The notes below the pieces were generated by a model. That model worked only from the letters and a program-made list of their open reading frames with translations, was not told where the DNA came from and made no database searches. A program made the position numbers and the translations under genes. Positions 1-10,013 of a stretch of 64,000 bases of DNA are shown here, piece after piece (position 1 is the stretch's first letter; each line of letters starts with the position of its first letter). The stretch is from a bacterium. GTDB lineage: Bacteria; CG2-30-53-67. The DNA lies in contig CAKKPE010000138.1 of assembly GCA_919901565.1 (NCBI GenBank), positions 11,936 to 75,935 on the forward strand, read 5' to 3'.

Positions 1-748
1 GCGAAGATCCAGAACCCTGAACCGAAGGCTGACCAATCGCTTTTTTTTTCCCAGGATTTCCAGAATCATTGCCGTGTCTGAGGCTGTGCGACAGGATGTA
101 CTCCTGGCGAATCGATACCTGGATCCGGAGAAAATCGTGGTCATACACAATGGGATCAATCTGGATCGATTCCCGCTTCGTACTGGAACAGAACAAAGGG
201 AGACATGGCCGGTCCTCGGGACCGTAGGCAGACTGGTCCATACCAAGGGACAGATCTATCTTCTCAGGGCATTTGCTGAAGTGATAAAAGTTTTTCCCCA
301 TGCACTCCTGTTATTTGCCGGTACCGGGCCACTGTTGAAAGATCTGGAACAGGAAACGGAAAAGCTAAGCATTGTGTCTCGTGTCCGTTTCCAGGGTTTC
401 CAGGAGGATGTTCCAAAGTTTTTGAACGGTCTTGACCTGTTCATCTTCCCATCCCTTGCCGAAGGGCTTGCGCTCTCCGTGCTGGAGGCCATGGCGACCG
501 GAATTCCCGTGATTGCCTCCAAGGTTGGAGGCATTCCTGAGATTTTGCAGGGGCAGCCGTGCGGCCGTCTCGTAGAACCCCGGGATGTAGCAGGGCTGGC
601 GCAAGCCATTGTGGATCTGCTTTCCAAAGGCGAGCAAAGGCTCATCGAGATGGGCCGCCCGGGGCGGAAGCGGGTGGAGGAAACCTTCAGCTTGAGAAGG
701 ATGGCCAACGATACTGAAAGACTCTATTTGCAGGTGACCGGATCGTGA
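1..748 (+). CDS. Glycosyltransferase family 1 (GT4), C-terminal part; 5' end lies outside the window
   Basis: The frame stays open back to base 2. The sequence IIAVSEAVRQD...VVIHNGINLDRF...FPSLAEGLALSVLEAMATGIPVIASKVGGIPE is a typical GT4 C-terminal domain (E-x7-E region). Confidence 0.8.
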   Translation, partial: RRSRTLNRRLTNRFFFPRISRIIAVSEAVRQDVLLANRYLDPEKIVVIHNGINLDRFPLRTGTEQRETWPVLGTVGRLVHTKGQIYLLRAFAEVIKVFPHALLLFAGTGPLLKDLEQETEKLSIVSRVRFQGFQEDVPKFLNGLDLFIFPSLAEGLALSVLEAMATGIPVIASKVGGIPEILQGQPCGRLVEPRDVAGLAQAIVDLLSKGEQRLIEMGRPGRKRVEETFSLRRMANDTERLYLQVTGS

Positions 749-1647
749 TGGGGCGGCTGTTTATGTATCCGAGTATTGATCACGGGAAGCAGGCGATGAT
801 CCCGGTGCGGTTCGGGGCATTGCAGGGTTACATTTGTAAAAACTTATTCTCCCCGGCCCTTGAAAAACTTCTGGAGAATCCGGATCTGCTGTTCCAAGGA
901 TCGGATGCGCGGATCGTCAAGCAGATGGGGAATACACGTACAGTAAGGTTCTCCGTTGAAGAGGATGAATTTCTTTTGAAGCACTATCTTTCCCGAGGAT
1001 GGGGTCAGTCGCTCCTGGGGCCCTTCAGGGGGAGCCGGGGGCGAAAGGCCATGGGCAGTGCGGCCCTGTTTGCATCACGAGGTGTTCCGACACCTCAACC
1101 GATCGCTCTACTGGAAAAAAGAGAGCTCTTGCTTTCCAGTGAGAGCTATCTTCTGTTTGGGTTTCACGAGGATCTGGAGACGCTTTACCAGATGAACGGG
1201 AGGCTGGGTGAAGAGAGGTTTCTGAATACCGGCCTGTTGGATCAGGTGGGACGAGACGTGCTAAAGATGCATAGAGCGGGCTTGTATCATGGAGACCTGA
1301 AATGGTCAAACATCCTGGTTTCAGAAAACAACAAAGGGATCGGGGCGCTGGTAGACCTCGATGGGGCGGGAACGCTTGGATTCGGTAGAAAAGATAAAAT
1401 GGCCATGGACCTCAGTCGGTTCTTGGTGGATCTCTATGAGATTCTGACAAACAGAAGGTCCGGTACAGAGATGTTCCTCAGGGGCTATCTGAAGGAATGT
1501 GGCGAGTCCAGCGGAAAAATCATGAAACTGCTGAATCTGGTCGAACAAAAGGTCGCAAGGAAGCTCAAGGAACACTCGAGGGCCAGGGGCCATGACATCC
1601 GGCTGGCGCCGGGAGAGATCACGGGAGTTTTAAATCATCCCATATAG
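745..1647 (+). CDS. Lipopolysaccharide kinase, Kdo/WaaP family
   Basis: The motif LKMHRAGLYHGDLKWSNILV is the catalytic loop of the Kdo/WaaP/InaA kinase family. The start overlaps the upstream glycosyltransferase stop (ATGA). Confidence 0.7.
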   Translation: MMGRLFMYPSIDHGKQAMIPVRFGALQGYICKNLFSPALEKLLENPDLLFQGSDARIVKQMGNTRTVRFSVEEDEFLLKHYLSRGWGQSLLGPFRGSRGRKAMGSAALFASRGVPTPQPIALLEKRELLLSSESYLLFGFHEDLETLYQMNGRLGEERFLNTGLLDQVGRDVLKMHRAGLYHGDLKWSNILVSENNKGIGALVDLDGAGTLGFGRKDKMAMDLSRFLVDLYEILTNRRSGTEMFLRGYLKECGESSGKIMKLLNLVEQKVARKLKEHSRARGHDIRLAPGEITGVLNHPI

Positions 1648-1865
1648 CAGAGAATATTCGGTAACACTTTAAAATTCAGGGTTCAATGCAGGGGGAAAAG
1701 GGAGGACGGGAACAGGATTTTCCTTCTCCCCTTGGGGAGAAGGTTAGGATGAGGGGGCTCTTTCCGGTCAACCCCTCACTATTTCCCTCTGCCTATCATG
1801 GGGAAGAAGGCCTTTTTACGACTTAATCTACAGTTCAACTTAAACACGAAAGAGCAAATATATCT

Positions 1866-3053
1866 ATGTCTTTGAACGAGGATAAGAGATCTCAAAGATT
1901 GCGTATCGCTCTGGTGATGCGCGATTATTCTCAGGGCAGGGGAGGCGCGGAGCGGTATTTTGTGAATCTGAGCCGGGCCCTTGCAGCCATGGGGCATGAA
2001 GTCCACATCTTTGCGGCTGTGTTCACCGGGCCGCAAGAGCATGGAATCCATTTCCACAGGGTGCCCATGATGGCGAAGCCGGCCTTCCTGCGGCTCCTGA
2101 GTTTTTTTCTGAATGCAAGGCGTATGGTCCGGGAGTATCGGGACCGGCTGGATGTGGTGCAGTCCCTGACCATGGTCTATCCCAGTGACATCTTCCGGCT
2201 TGGAGGAGAGGTTCAGAAAGAATGGATGAAAATCCGGTGCCCTTCTCTGATTTTAAGGGTATTAAAATTCATCTTCAGCCCGGTCTATATTCTGAATCTT
2301 TACCTCGAAAGAAACATCATGGATCTGAATAACACCAGGGAAATCATCACGATCTCTGCGCTGGAAAAAAAGATCCTGCTTCAATACTATGACTATCCCG
2401 AAGACCGGATTACCGTTGTGTACAATGGTGTGGACCATCGGCAGTTCCATCCCGGCGTGAAACAATACCGTGATTTGCTTCGTAAGGAGCTTTGCATCAT
2501 GGATTCTGAACTTGTCGGGCTCTTTTCTGCGAACAATTTTCATAGGAAAGGTCTTGACGCTGTGATTGCAGCACTGCCGCTTATCCCGAAAGAAAAGCGC
2601 TCCAGGATTCTAGTGATCGGGAGGGGAAAGGCTTTTTCGTACCAGAGGCAGGCGAGGCGTCTCAAGGTTTCGGACTCGATCCTTTTCATCGGGCCGGTTG
2701 ACGATCCGGAAAGATTCTACGGTGCATCGGATTTTCTTGTACTGCCGAGCCGCTATGACTCGTTCGGGAACGTGCATCTGGAGGCGCTGGCCTGCGGGCT
2801 TCCTGTGATTACCACGAAAATGGCTGGAGGCTCAGAGGTGGTGAGGCCGGGAGAGACCGGCTTCGTTCTTGACGGAACGGACAGGATCGAGGCTCTTGCG
2901 GACGCCATGATTCGTTTAGGGGATCCCGGCCTCAGAGAGCAGATGGCCAGGCTGGCACCGGTGACGGTTCAGGATTTTACCTCCGAGAAGAATGCCAAAG
3001 AGACCCTGAACGTGCTGCAACGGGTGCTCCGGGGAAAATCTCCCCTGTCATAA
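1866..3053 (+). CDS. Glycosyltransferase family 1 (GT4)
   Basis: The N-terminus GGAERYFVNLSRALAAMGHEVHIF and the C-terminus LPSRYDSFGNVHLEALACGLPVITTKMAGGSEVV match GT4. The sequence GAAAGAG precedes the ATG. Confidence 0.85.
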   Translation: MSLNEDKRSQRLRIALVMRDYSQGRGGAERYFVNLSRALAAMGHEVHIFAAVFTGPQEHGIHFHRVPMMAKPAFLRLLSFFLNARRMVREYRDRLDVVQSLTMVYPSDIFRLGGEVQKEWMKIRCPSLILRVLKFIFSPVYILNLYLERNIMDLNNTREIITISALEKKILLQYYDYPEDRITVVYNGVDHRQFHPGVKQYRDLLRKELCIMDSELVGLFSANNFHRKGLDAVIAALPLIPKEKRSRILVIGRGKAFSYQRQARRLKVSDSILFIGPVDDPERFYGASDFLVLPSRYDSFGNVHLEALACGLPVITTKMAGGSEVVRPGETGFVLDGTDRIEALADAMIRLGDPGLREQMARLAPVTVQDFTSEKNAKETLNVLQRVLRGKSPLS

Positions 3054-3067
3054 GAGGTTGATGGATT

Positions 3068-4084
3068 ATGCGGATTGCATTCCTTGTCAAGGGGTTGGAC
3101 ACACCGAGGACGAGATATCGTGTCACGCAGTACTTGCCATACCTCGAAGAGAAGGGGGCCGCGGCTAAGGTAATCGATATCCCACACAGCCCGGTCAAGA
3201 GATGGAGCGTTTTTCAGACTCTGGGTAATTATGATGTAGTGGTTATTCAAAAAAAATTATTCAGCATTCTGGACTTTCACCTCTTGAGAAAGAGGGTTAG
3301 GCGGCTGATATTCGATGTGGACGATGCCGTGATGGTGAAGCCGGGCCCTGTGCCTCATGAATCGTGGAGACGAAGAAGGCGTTTTGAAAGGACCGTGAAG
3401 GGATGTGATCTTGTATTTGCCGGGAACTCCTATCTCTCGTCAATGGTCGGAAATCTGGGTGCCCGGTCGATCCTGGTTCCGACCTGCATTGATCTGGACC
3501 GGTATCCGGCGCCAGACCATAAACGGTCTCGTGGAGATAGGATCCTCCATCTCGGCTGGATCGGCTCCCGAAGCACCCTCCCGCATCTTGCGGATCTTGC
3601 CCCGGTATTCCTGGGCCTATCCAAAACCTCGATGCCCATGGACCTGACTATCATATGCGATACTTTCCTGGATAACGTTGGGATACCGGTAAGGAAAAAG
3701 ACATGGTCCAAAAACACGGAAGTCGCAGACCTCATGGAGCTTGACGTCGGTCTTGCCCCGCTGCCGGAAGATGCATGGACGCGCGGCAAGAGCGCGACCA
3801 AGGTTATACAGTACATGGCCGCCGGATTGCCGGTGGTCTGTTCTCCGGTCGGGGCGAATGCAGATATTGTTCGTGACGGTGTGACAGGGTATTATGCAAG
3901 AAACCCCGATGAATGGGTTGATAATATTTTACATCTGGCCAAGGATCCGGAGGCACGGGCCCGGATGGGAAGAGAAGGAAGGAAACTTGTAGAAGATTCC
4001 TATTCTGTCCAGGCGGTTTTTCCCAGTATGTATGTCGGGTTGGAAGGGTGTTCCGGGTTCCCGGAATCTGGAGGTTTAACGTGA
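3068..4084 (+). CDS. Glycosyltransferase family 1-like
   Basis: The C-terminal region KSATKVIQYMAAGLPVVCSPVGANADIVRDGVTGYY is typical of GT1 enzymes. Confidence 0.7.
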   Translation: MRIAFLVKGLDTPRTRYRVTQYLPYLEEKGAAAKVIDIPHSPVKRWSVFQTLGNYDVVVIQKKLFSILDFHLLRKRVRRLIFDVDDAVMVKPGPVPHESWRRRRRFERTVKGCDLVFAGNSYLSSMVGNLGARSILVPTCIDLDRYPAPDHKRSRGDRILHLGWIGSRSTLPHLADLAPVFLGLSKTSMPMDLTIICDTFLDNVGIPVRKKTWSKNTEVADLMELDVGLAPLPEDAWTRGKSATKVIQYMAAGLPVVCSPVGANADIVRDGVTGYYARNPDEWVDNILHLAKDPEARARMGREGRKLVEDSYSVQAVFPSMYVGLEGCSGFPESGGLT

Positions 4085-5070
4085 GCCTTAAATGCCGAAT
4101 CTGCAGTAACATGGATGGGAATGTCTCATACGAGGTAAGAGAGATGATGTTCGGCACGCTGGAAGAATTCGAATATTTCAAATGCGGCCGATGCGGTTGC
4201 CTGCAGATCAAGGAAATCCCGGAAAACCTGAATGCCTATTATCCCAAAGATTATTATTCATTTGTCGGCTATTCAAAGTATTCAAAGCGGGCACGCCGTG
4301 GTTTGAAGCGTTGGTTCGACACCATGCGATTGGAATATCACATAACCGGGCGAGGTCTCGTTGGAAGGTTGGCCGCTCTGAGGGTAAAACCGCCCAAATA
4401 TATTGTCTGGGTCCGGGAGACCGGTATATCCCGTGACTCCAGGATACTGGACGTGGGTTGCGGCAGCGGAAAGCTCCTGGTGAAAATGAGTCTGGCGGGT
4501 TTCCGCCAATGCACGGGTATTGATCAATTCATAGAGAAGTCCGTGGAGTACCCGGGTGGTGTGAAGGTTATCAGACAGGACCTCTCCAGTCTTGCAGAGG
4601 ACACGGAAGAGAAATTCGATCTCGTCATGTTCCACCACTCCTACGAACATGTTCCGGATCCATATTCCACATTGCAGGCGGCAGCGAGACTTATCACGCC
4701 GGGCGGCTGGATTCTGATGGAGATTCCCCTTTCGGACTCAGAAGCCTGGGAAACGTATCGGGAAAGGTGGGTGCAGCTCGACGCTCCCCGTCATCTGTAC
4801 CTGCATACCCGGAGAAGCATGGAGCTTTTAGCGGCGCATGCAGGCCTTTGCATCAAGAAGGTAGTGTATGACTCCTCGGAGTTTCAGTTTCTTGGGAGCG
4901 AACTTTACACAAGGGGCGTCCCGCTGACAGCGGCAAAGAAAAAGAAGCTTACTAATTTTTTCAACAAGAGAGAAATCCAGGCCTTCAAGGAAAGGGCAAA
5001 AGAAGTGAACAATCTGGGCAGAGGGGATCAGGCTACATTCTTTATGGTGAGAAAAGAATGCAATCCATAA
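4081..5070 (+). CDS. Class I SAM-dependent methyltransferase with an N-terminal CxxC...CxxC zinc ribbon
   Basis: The zinc-ribbon pattern is CRICS...CGRCGC. The SAM motif is ILDVGCGSGKLL. The likely start is GTG at 4081, preceded by GGAGG; the ORF frame opens at 4048. Confidence 0.7.
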   Translation: MSLKCRICSNMDGNVSYEVREMMFGTLEEFEYFKCGRCGCLQIKEIPENLNAYYPKDYYSFVGYSKYSKRARRGLKRWFDTMRLEYHITGRGLVGRLAALRVKPPKYIVWVRETGISRDSRILDVGCGSGKLLVKMSLAGFRQCTGIDQFIEKSVEYPGGVKVIRQDLSSLAEDTEEKFDLVMFHHSYEHVPDPYSTLQAAARLITPGGWILMEIPLSDSEAWETYRERWVQLDAPRHLYLHTRRSMELLAAHAGLCIKKVVYDSSEFQFLGSELYTRGVPLTAAKKKKLTNFFNKREIQAFKERAKEVNNLGRGDQATFFMVRKECNP

Positions 5071-6104
5071 AAGAAAAAGTTTACGACCTTTCCGAGATAC
5101 CTATTGAACACGCGGCGTCGCTGAGATGGATGCTCCTGGCCATCGACCAGCAGCCTCTATTAAAACTCATAGGAGCCAAGAGGAAGTTTTCGCGCGACAG
5201 CCTTCTAAAAGTTATAGAACAGGCAGCGGCTGACAACCACATCCAGGCGGTGAAAGGGCGCCTGCGTGACGGCACGATTGAAACCTTTGTCAATCGCGTT
5301 TCGTTTCCCGCTGAGTTTCCCGCTTTTCTCGGCAAGGTTGCCGCCGGCAAGGCAGGCCTTTCTATATCCTGGCTTCGTCACATTCTCCAATGCAGAGGGA
5401 AAAGACGGCGGACATACAGGCAGAAGGCCCTTCACTACATTTGCTCGCACCCGGTATTTCTTAGCATGGCCGAGTGGTTCTGCAGGGATCCCGATGCATA
5501 TATCAGGCTGGCTGATGCAAGCTGGTTCAGCCCAATCCAGATCCATGGGGAGATCCGGAGTCTTTTAGATTTGCTTGCAGGCGGAAAGCCAAAAGATGTG
5601 CTGGAAATAGGAACCAGCAAGGGGGGAAGTCTCTATCTGTTCACCAAAGTTGCCGATCCTTGCGCCACACTGGTGACAGTCGATCTCAAAATCATTAATA
5701 AAAAATTGCTGCAATCATTTACGCGTAAACAGCAGCGTATTGAACTCATCGAAGCCAATTCGACGGTACATGGGACCATTGCCAGGATCCGTGAAATCTT
5801 CCCTGAAGGCGTGGATCTCCTGTTTCTTGACGGTGACCACTCATACGAGGGCGTCAAGAAAGATTTTGAGATTTACTCAACACTTGTACGGCCTGGCGGC
5901 TGGATTGTCTTTCATGATATTGTAGAAGACAACGACAGCCGCTATGGAGTCTGTACAGGGGGGTGTTCCGGCGGTGTTCCGGCCTTCTGGCAGGAGATCA
6001 AAAAACATTTCCGGCACGTGGAGTTTGTGGACCACCCTGAGCAGGACGGCCTCGGCATCGGGGTGTTGTTTGTCCCGGAAACAGGTATTGGCATCAACAA
6101 GTGA
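5058..6104 (+). CDS. SAM-dependent methyltransferase (Methyltransf_24/CmcI-like fold)
   Basis: Motifs VLEIGTSKGGSLYLF and LFLDGDHSYEGVKKDFEIY are typical of class I O-methyltransferases in polysaccharide clusters. Confidence 0.6.
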   Translation: MQSIKEKVYDLSEIPIEHAASLRWMLLAIDQQPLLKLIGAKRKFSRDSLLKVIEQAAADNHIQAVKGRLRDGTIETFVNRVSFPAEFPAFLGKVAAGKAGLSISWLRHILQCRGKRRRTYRQKALHYICSHPVFLSMAEWFCRDPDAYIRLADASWFSPIQIHGEIRSLLDLLAGGKPKDVLEIGTSKGGSLYLFTKVADPCATLVTVDLKIINKKLLQSFTRKQQRIELIEANSTVHGTIARIREIFPEGVDLLFLDGDHSYEGVKKDFEIYSTLVRPGGWIVFHDIVEDNDSRYGVCTGGCSGGVPAFWQEIKKHFRHVEFVDHPEQDGLGIGVLFVPETGIGINK

Positions 6105-6117
6105 CCAGGAGGAGAGG

Positions 6118-7044
6118 GTGAATTCGAACCGGCCGCTCGTATCCGTTACCATACCGGCTTACAATCATGAATTTTATGTCCAGACTGCTATTGAAAGTGT
6201 GATCAAGCAGTCGTATGAGAACATAGAATTGATTGTTATTGATGATGGTTCCACGGATAAGACAGCGGACAAGATCAGGGAATCCTGCGAAAAATACAAG
6301 GGAAGAATACGGTTTGTCCCGCAAAAAAACCAGGGACTCATACGGACGCTGAATCTCGGTTTATCCCTTTCAAAAGGGGAATACTGGTGCCAGATGGCAT
6401 CGGATGATTTTATGGATGAGCGTAACATTGAGATAAAGGTCCGTTTTCTTGAGGAGCACAAAGAATTATACGCTGTTTGTTCCGATGCGTCTTGCCTTCG
6501 GCCTGATCAAACCGTCTCGAGGATGATCCCGGAAAAGGTGAAACCGGATCCGCTGCGGGTGGATCAAGTCAGAGATATTTTCCAGGTCAAGATGTTCTTC
6601 CCGAGCTTATTATTTAGAAAAAATGTTTTTAACCGCATTGGGAACTTTGACGAGTCCATGCGATACTACGAAGACATTGACATGAAGCTCCGGCTTCTGC
6701 TCTATTGCAAGGTCGGATATATTGATGAACCCCTTCTTACCTGGAGGTCTCACGGTTCGAACACGTCGCATCAGGCGCTCCTTCGCCGGAAAGAGAGAAT
6801 AATTGCCTATGAAAAGTTTTTTACTTTGCCGGAACTGCAGAGCCATAATCACTTGAGAAGGAAGATGCTGGGAAACGAGCATTACAAATATGCGCGATCC
6901 CTGGTCCAAAGCAAGGCATCTGACCCTGACCATACGGTCTCCTGGTATCTGCGCCGCTCGCTTTTCCATTTCCCATTCAGGTACAAGGGATATTACTATC
7001 TGCTCAAGTGCTCACTCCAAAATCTTTATACGATGAAAAAGTAG
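6118..7044 (+). CDS. Glycosyltransferase family 2
   Basis: The GT2 signature is VSVTIPAYNHEFYVQTAIESVIKQSYENIELIVIDDGSTD. The start is probably GTG at 6118 after GGAGAGGG, rather than the overlapping ATG at 5944. Confidence 0.8.
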   Translation: MNSNRPLVSVTIPAYNHEFYVQTAIESVIKQSYENIELIVIDDGSTDKTADKIRESCEKYKGRIRFVPQKNQGLIRTLNLGLSLSKGEYWCQMASDDFMDERNIEIKVRFLEEHKELYAVCSDASCLRPDQTVSRMIPEKVKPDPLRVDQVRDIFQVKMFFPSLLFRKNVFNRIGNFDESMRYYEDIDMKLRLLLYCKVGYIDEPLLTWRSHGSNTSHQALLRRKERIIAYEKFFTLPELQSHNHLRRKMLGNEHYKYARSLVQSKASDPDHTVSWYLRRSLFHFPFRYKGYYYLLKCSLQNLYTMKK

Positions 7045-7092
7045 CAGAACCGAGGTTCATGGTTTTGCTGCCTGGCCAGGGGGGATATATAG

Positions 7093-8292
7093 TTGATGTC
7101 AATATTCAATAAGCAAAAAACGTATCTTGTAATCAATCTGTTGCTGGAGATCTCGCTTTATATTTTTCCCGCCACGCTTCTTTTTAGATGGTCTCATGCG
7201 AATGCCATTTGCGTTTGGATTTTTGTGCTTTATTTAACAAGTCTCTCGACCGGGAGAAGTCTTCCTCAATTTGTTTCACCCCTGAGTCTGCCGGTCTTTC
7301 TTTTTTTATTGGCCGTTTTTATTCCTTCCATAATTACAATAGGCCTGGCAGATACCTGGAGAGAAGGGAAACATGTCTTATATAGCATTGGTATTTTCTT
7401 TATATACGTGGACCAGATCAGCCGTCAACCCGTTATTTTAAAAAGGTCTCTTCTTTCGTTGATGATGTTTTCGACTTTCCTGAGTTTGGATTCTTTCTTC
7501 CAGTGGTTCACCGGCAAGGATATCATAGGCATGGAACTGTTTGGAGGACGCTGTACGGCCGTCTTTGTCAACCCGAATTACCTCTGTTTCTTTATCTCAG
7601 GAACCATACCGGTTCTTTTCTTCCATCTGCAAGAAACCACAAATGTATGGTTCAAGATCTTAGATCTGCTATTGCTGATCTTTGCCTATATGACGATTAT
7701 GCTCGCCGGAGCAAAAACCGGTTTTTCCGTTATGGTTTTATTTTTTATTTTTTATCTTGTTCAGGAAAAGAAGAAAGAAGCATGGGCACTGACCGCCTTA
7801 GGATTGGGGACGATGGTGCTTTTTTTTTATGACCCGATAGGTATTAAGAATCGGTTTTTGGAATTTTATCTGCATGGGGATGACAGGTGGAGCCTTTGGA
7901 TGCAAACCTACACTGTTTTTATAAAACCGCATCAATTATTAGGGATGGGGTTGGACACGTTTAAGGCTATCTATCCTGCTGTAAAAATAAGTGGAATATC
8001 CTACTCAGCTCCTCACAATGTTTATCTGGAAATCTGGCAGACATCCGGCATTATTGCACTTTGTTTTTTTGTCTATATATCGTTTAAAACCATAGCCTTG
8101 AGTATGATGCAAATCCGTAAACAAAGAATTTACGTGTATCTGTTCATCTCCATCGTGATGTTATTTATTACTTCGGCAGTGAGCATTCCTGTTTTTTCTA
8201 AATATTTCTCATTCTATTTCTGGCTTTACCTCGGACTTTTTGCAGGTGCCATGCAGATCCATCCGGCAACGGAGAACAGCATGGGGGGCTAA
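7093..8292 (+). CDS. O-antigen ligase/polymerase-like (Wzy_C family) integral membrane protein
   Basis: The protein has about 10-12 hydrophobic helices and a large loop in the second half. It lies between glycosyltransferase genes. Confidence 0.65.
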   Translation: MMSIFNKQKTYLVINLLLEISLYIFPATLLFRWSHANAICVWIFVLYLTSLSTGRSLPQFVSPLSLPVFLFLLAVFIPSIITIGLADTWREGKHVLYSIGIFFIYVDQISRQPVILKRSLLSLMMFSTFLSLDSFFQWFTGKDIIGMELFGGRCTAVFVNPNYLCFFISGTIPVLFFHLQETTNVWFKILDLLLLIFAYMTIMLAGAKTGFSVMVLFFIFYLVQEKKKEAWALTALGLGTMVLFFYDPIGIKNRFLEFYLHGDDRWSLWMQTYTVFIKPHQLLGMGLDTFKAIYPAVKISGISYSAPHNVYLEIWQTSGIIALCFFVYISFKTIALSMMQIRKQRIYVYLFISIVMLFITSAVSIPVFSKYFSFYFWLYLGLFAGAMQIHPATENSMGG

Positions 8293-8323
8293 ACAACAAA
8301 GCCCAAATTTCCCGTGAGTGTAA

Positions 8324-9382
8324 ATGAAAAAAATCTTGATCATCAAACCCAGCTCTCGCGGCGATATCATGCATGCACTCCCTGTGGCCACGGCCATTTC
8401 CCGGCAGGTCCCCGGCGCAGTCATTGACTGGGTGGTGCGGCCCGAGTATGCAGAAATACTGGAAGCACATCCCGCCATTCGAAGGATCTTTCTTTTTGAC
8501 AGGGGGAAATGGTCGAGGTTATCGAGGATGCTGAAAACGTTGCCGGAAATGATCAGTCTGGTCCGCTCCTTGAGACGTGAAAACTACGATGAAGTCCTGG
8601 ACCTGCAGGGGCTCTTCCGAAGCGGCCTTTTATCTTTTCTCTCCGGCTCCAGTCTCCGTTTTGGTTTTGAAAATGCCAGGGAGTTTTCCCCTGTGTTTTA
8701 CAACCGGAAGGTCAAGGTACTAAAAGAGAGGATCCATGCCCTGGAACGGTATCAGCTCTTTTTGAAAGAGATGGGTCTTAAAATGTTGGATCCGGACTAC
8801 GGCCTTAAGCCTTCTGATGATGCATTCAGTTTTGTGGAGAATCTGCTTTCAAAAGCGGGTATCCGTCCAGACCGGCCTTTGATTATTCTGAATCCAAATG
8901 CGAGATGGGAGACCAAGAAATGGATTGCAGAGCGATGGCAGGAACTTGCGAAGCGCCTCGTCACCGAACTGCAGGCCGAGGTCATATTTGCAGGGGGAGA
9001 GGCTGAGGCCAGTGAATGTGACAGCTTGGCCAGGGGCGCAGGTGGGCTAGTGCACAATCTGGCCGGGAAGACCACACTCATGCAGCTTGCCGCTCTCCTC
9101 AAGAAGTCGTCTCTATTAGTGACCTGCGATTCCGGCCCCATGCACCTTTCTGTTGCTGTAGGCACCAGGGTTGTAGCCCTCTTCGGTCCCACGGATCCGG
9201 TCAGGACCGGTCCGTACGGCTCTGAAAACCGTGTCCTTCACAAAGACATGGACTGCTCTCCCTGTTTGAAGCGGTCGTGTCCTGAAAGAACTCATGCCTG
9301 CATGGAAGCCATCACCGTGGAGGAAGTTTTTCAGGAGGTGAAACAAATGATTGTGAAATTGGGGTCAGACACAAATTCGTAG
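8324..9382 (+). CDS. ADP-heptose:LPS heptosyltransferase (GT9)
   Basis: The N-terminus KILIIKPSSRGDIMHALPVATAI and the C-terminus TCDSGPMHLSVAVGTRVVALFGPTDP are GT9 motifs. Confidence 0.8.
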   Translation: MKKILIIKPSSRGDIMHALPVATAISRQVPGAVIDWVVRPEYAEILEAHPAIRRIFLFDRGKWSRLSRMLKTLPEMISLVRSLRRENYDEVLDLQGLFRSGLLSFLSGSSLRFGFENAREFSPVFYNRKVKVLKERIHALERYQLFLKEMGLKMLDPDYGLKPSDDAFSFVENLLSKAGIRPDRPLIILNPNARWETKKWIAERWQELAKRLVTELQAEVIFAGGEAEASECDSLARGAGGLVHNLAGKTTLMQLAALLKKSSLLVTCDSGPMHLSVAVGTRVVALFGPTDPVRTGPYGSENRVLHKDMDCSPCLKRSCPERTHACMEAITVEEVFQEVKQMIVKLGSDTNS

Positions 9383-9424
9383 AAAATGGGTGTCTGAGGG
9401 GCTGTTGAAAAAGTATTTTTCTGG

Positions 9425-9525
9425 TCTGATGCTGTCATTCCCGCGTAGGCGGGAATCCAGGACTCATTGATTCTTGTGGATTCCGGGTCTCGTTTCACTT
9501 GCCCGGAATGACAATCCAGCTTCTG
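9425..9525. repeat. MITE-like element with GTCATTCCCG terminal inverted repeats
   Basis: It contains gctGTCATTCCCGCGtaggCGGGAAT and an inverted end CCCGGAATGACAatcc. A related copy lies at 50236..50335. Confidence 0.5.
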
Positions 9526-9635
9526 TAGCAGACTTTTTCAACAGCTCCTCTGACCCCAATTTCACTCTTTCCTTCCTTACTTTCTTTTTCTTTTCATTCT
9601 CCTATAGTGTCGTGTCAACCTTTTAGTGTCACCCC

Positions 9636-9800
9636 CTCATCCTAACCTTCTCCCCTATGGGGAGAAGGAATTTATTGATTGCCCTAAACCTTGTCCCCAA
9701 AGGAACTGAATCTCCATAATTGTGACACAGTCTCTATTGGGATAAGGGATGTTTGACTTCCTCTCCCCTTGGGGAGGATTGAGGGGGGGATACGTCATTT
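9636..9800. repeat. REP-like GC-rich palindromic repeat family, two copies
   Basis: The copies read CCTTCTCCCCtaTGGGGAGAAGG plus a CCCCCTCATCCTAAC module (9640-9680) and CTCTCCCCttGGGGAGG plus a GAGGGGG module (9760-9790). Confidence 0.7.
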
Positions 9801-9939
9801 TAGACGTGACACGGCACTATAACTTCTTGAATTTTCTCCATCCTTCTCAAATTTAGACTGCATATCTTATATTTTGAACATGAAGGCGCTTTGTTCGCGA
9901 AAAATACATCTATCTGGGGTGTTGTGCCTCAGGTTTATA

Positions 9940-9968
9940 TTGACCTCTTCGCCGTGATTTGTTAATAT
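9940..9968 (+). promoter_or_regulatory. Candidate sigma-70 promoter for the kdsB operon
   Basis: TTGACC, a 17-bp spacer, then TAATAT. It sits about 45 bp upstream of the kdsB ATG. Confidence 0.4.
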
Positions 9969-10013
9969 ATCATTCCGTCCATTAGATACCATAATAATCA
10001 ACAGGTTAGATAC

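Noticed and set aside
5944-6117. Upstream ATG start for the GT2 gene overlapping the methyltransferase by 160 bp
   Set aside because: A GTG at 6118 with a GGAGAGGG Shine-Dalgarno and the onset of the conserved GT2 N-terminus give a more plausible start.
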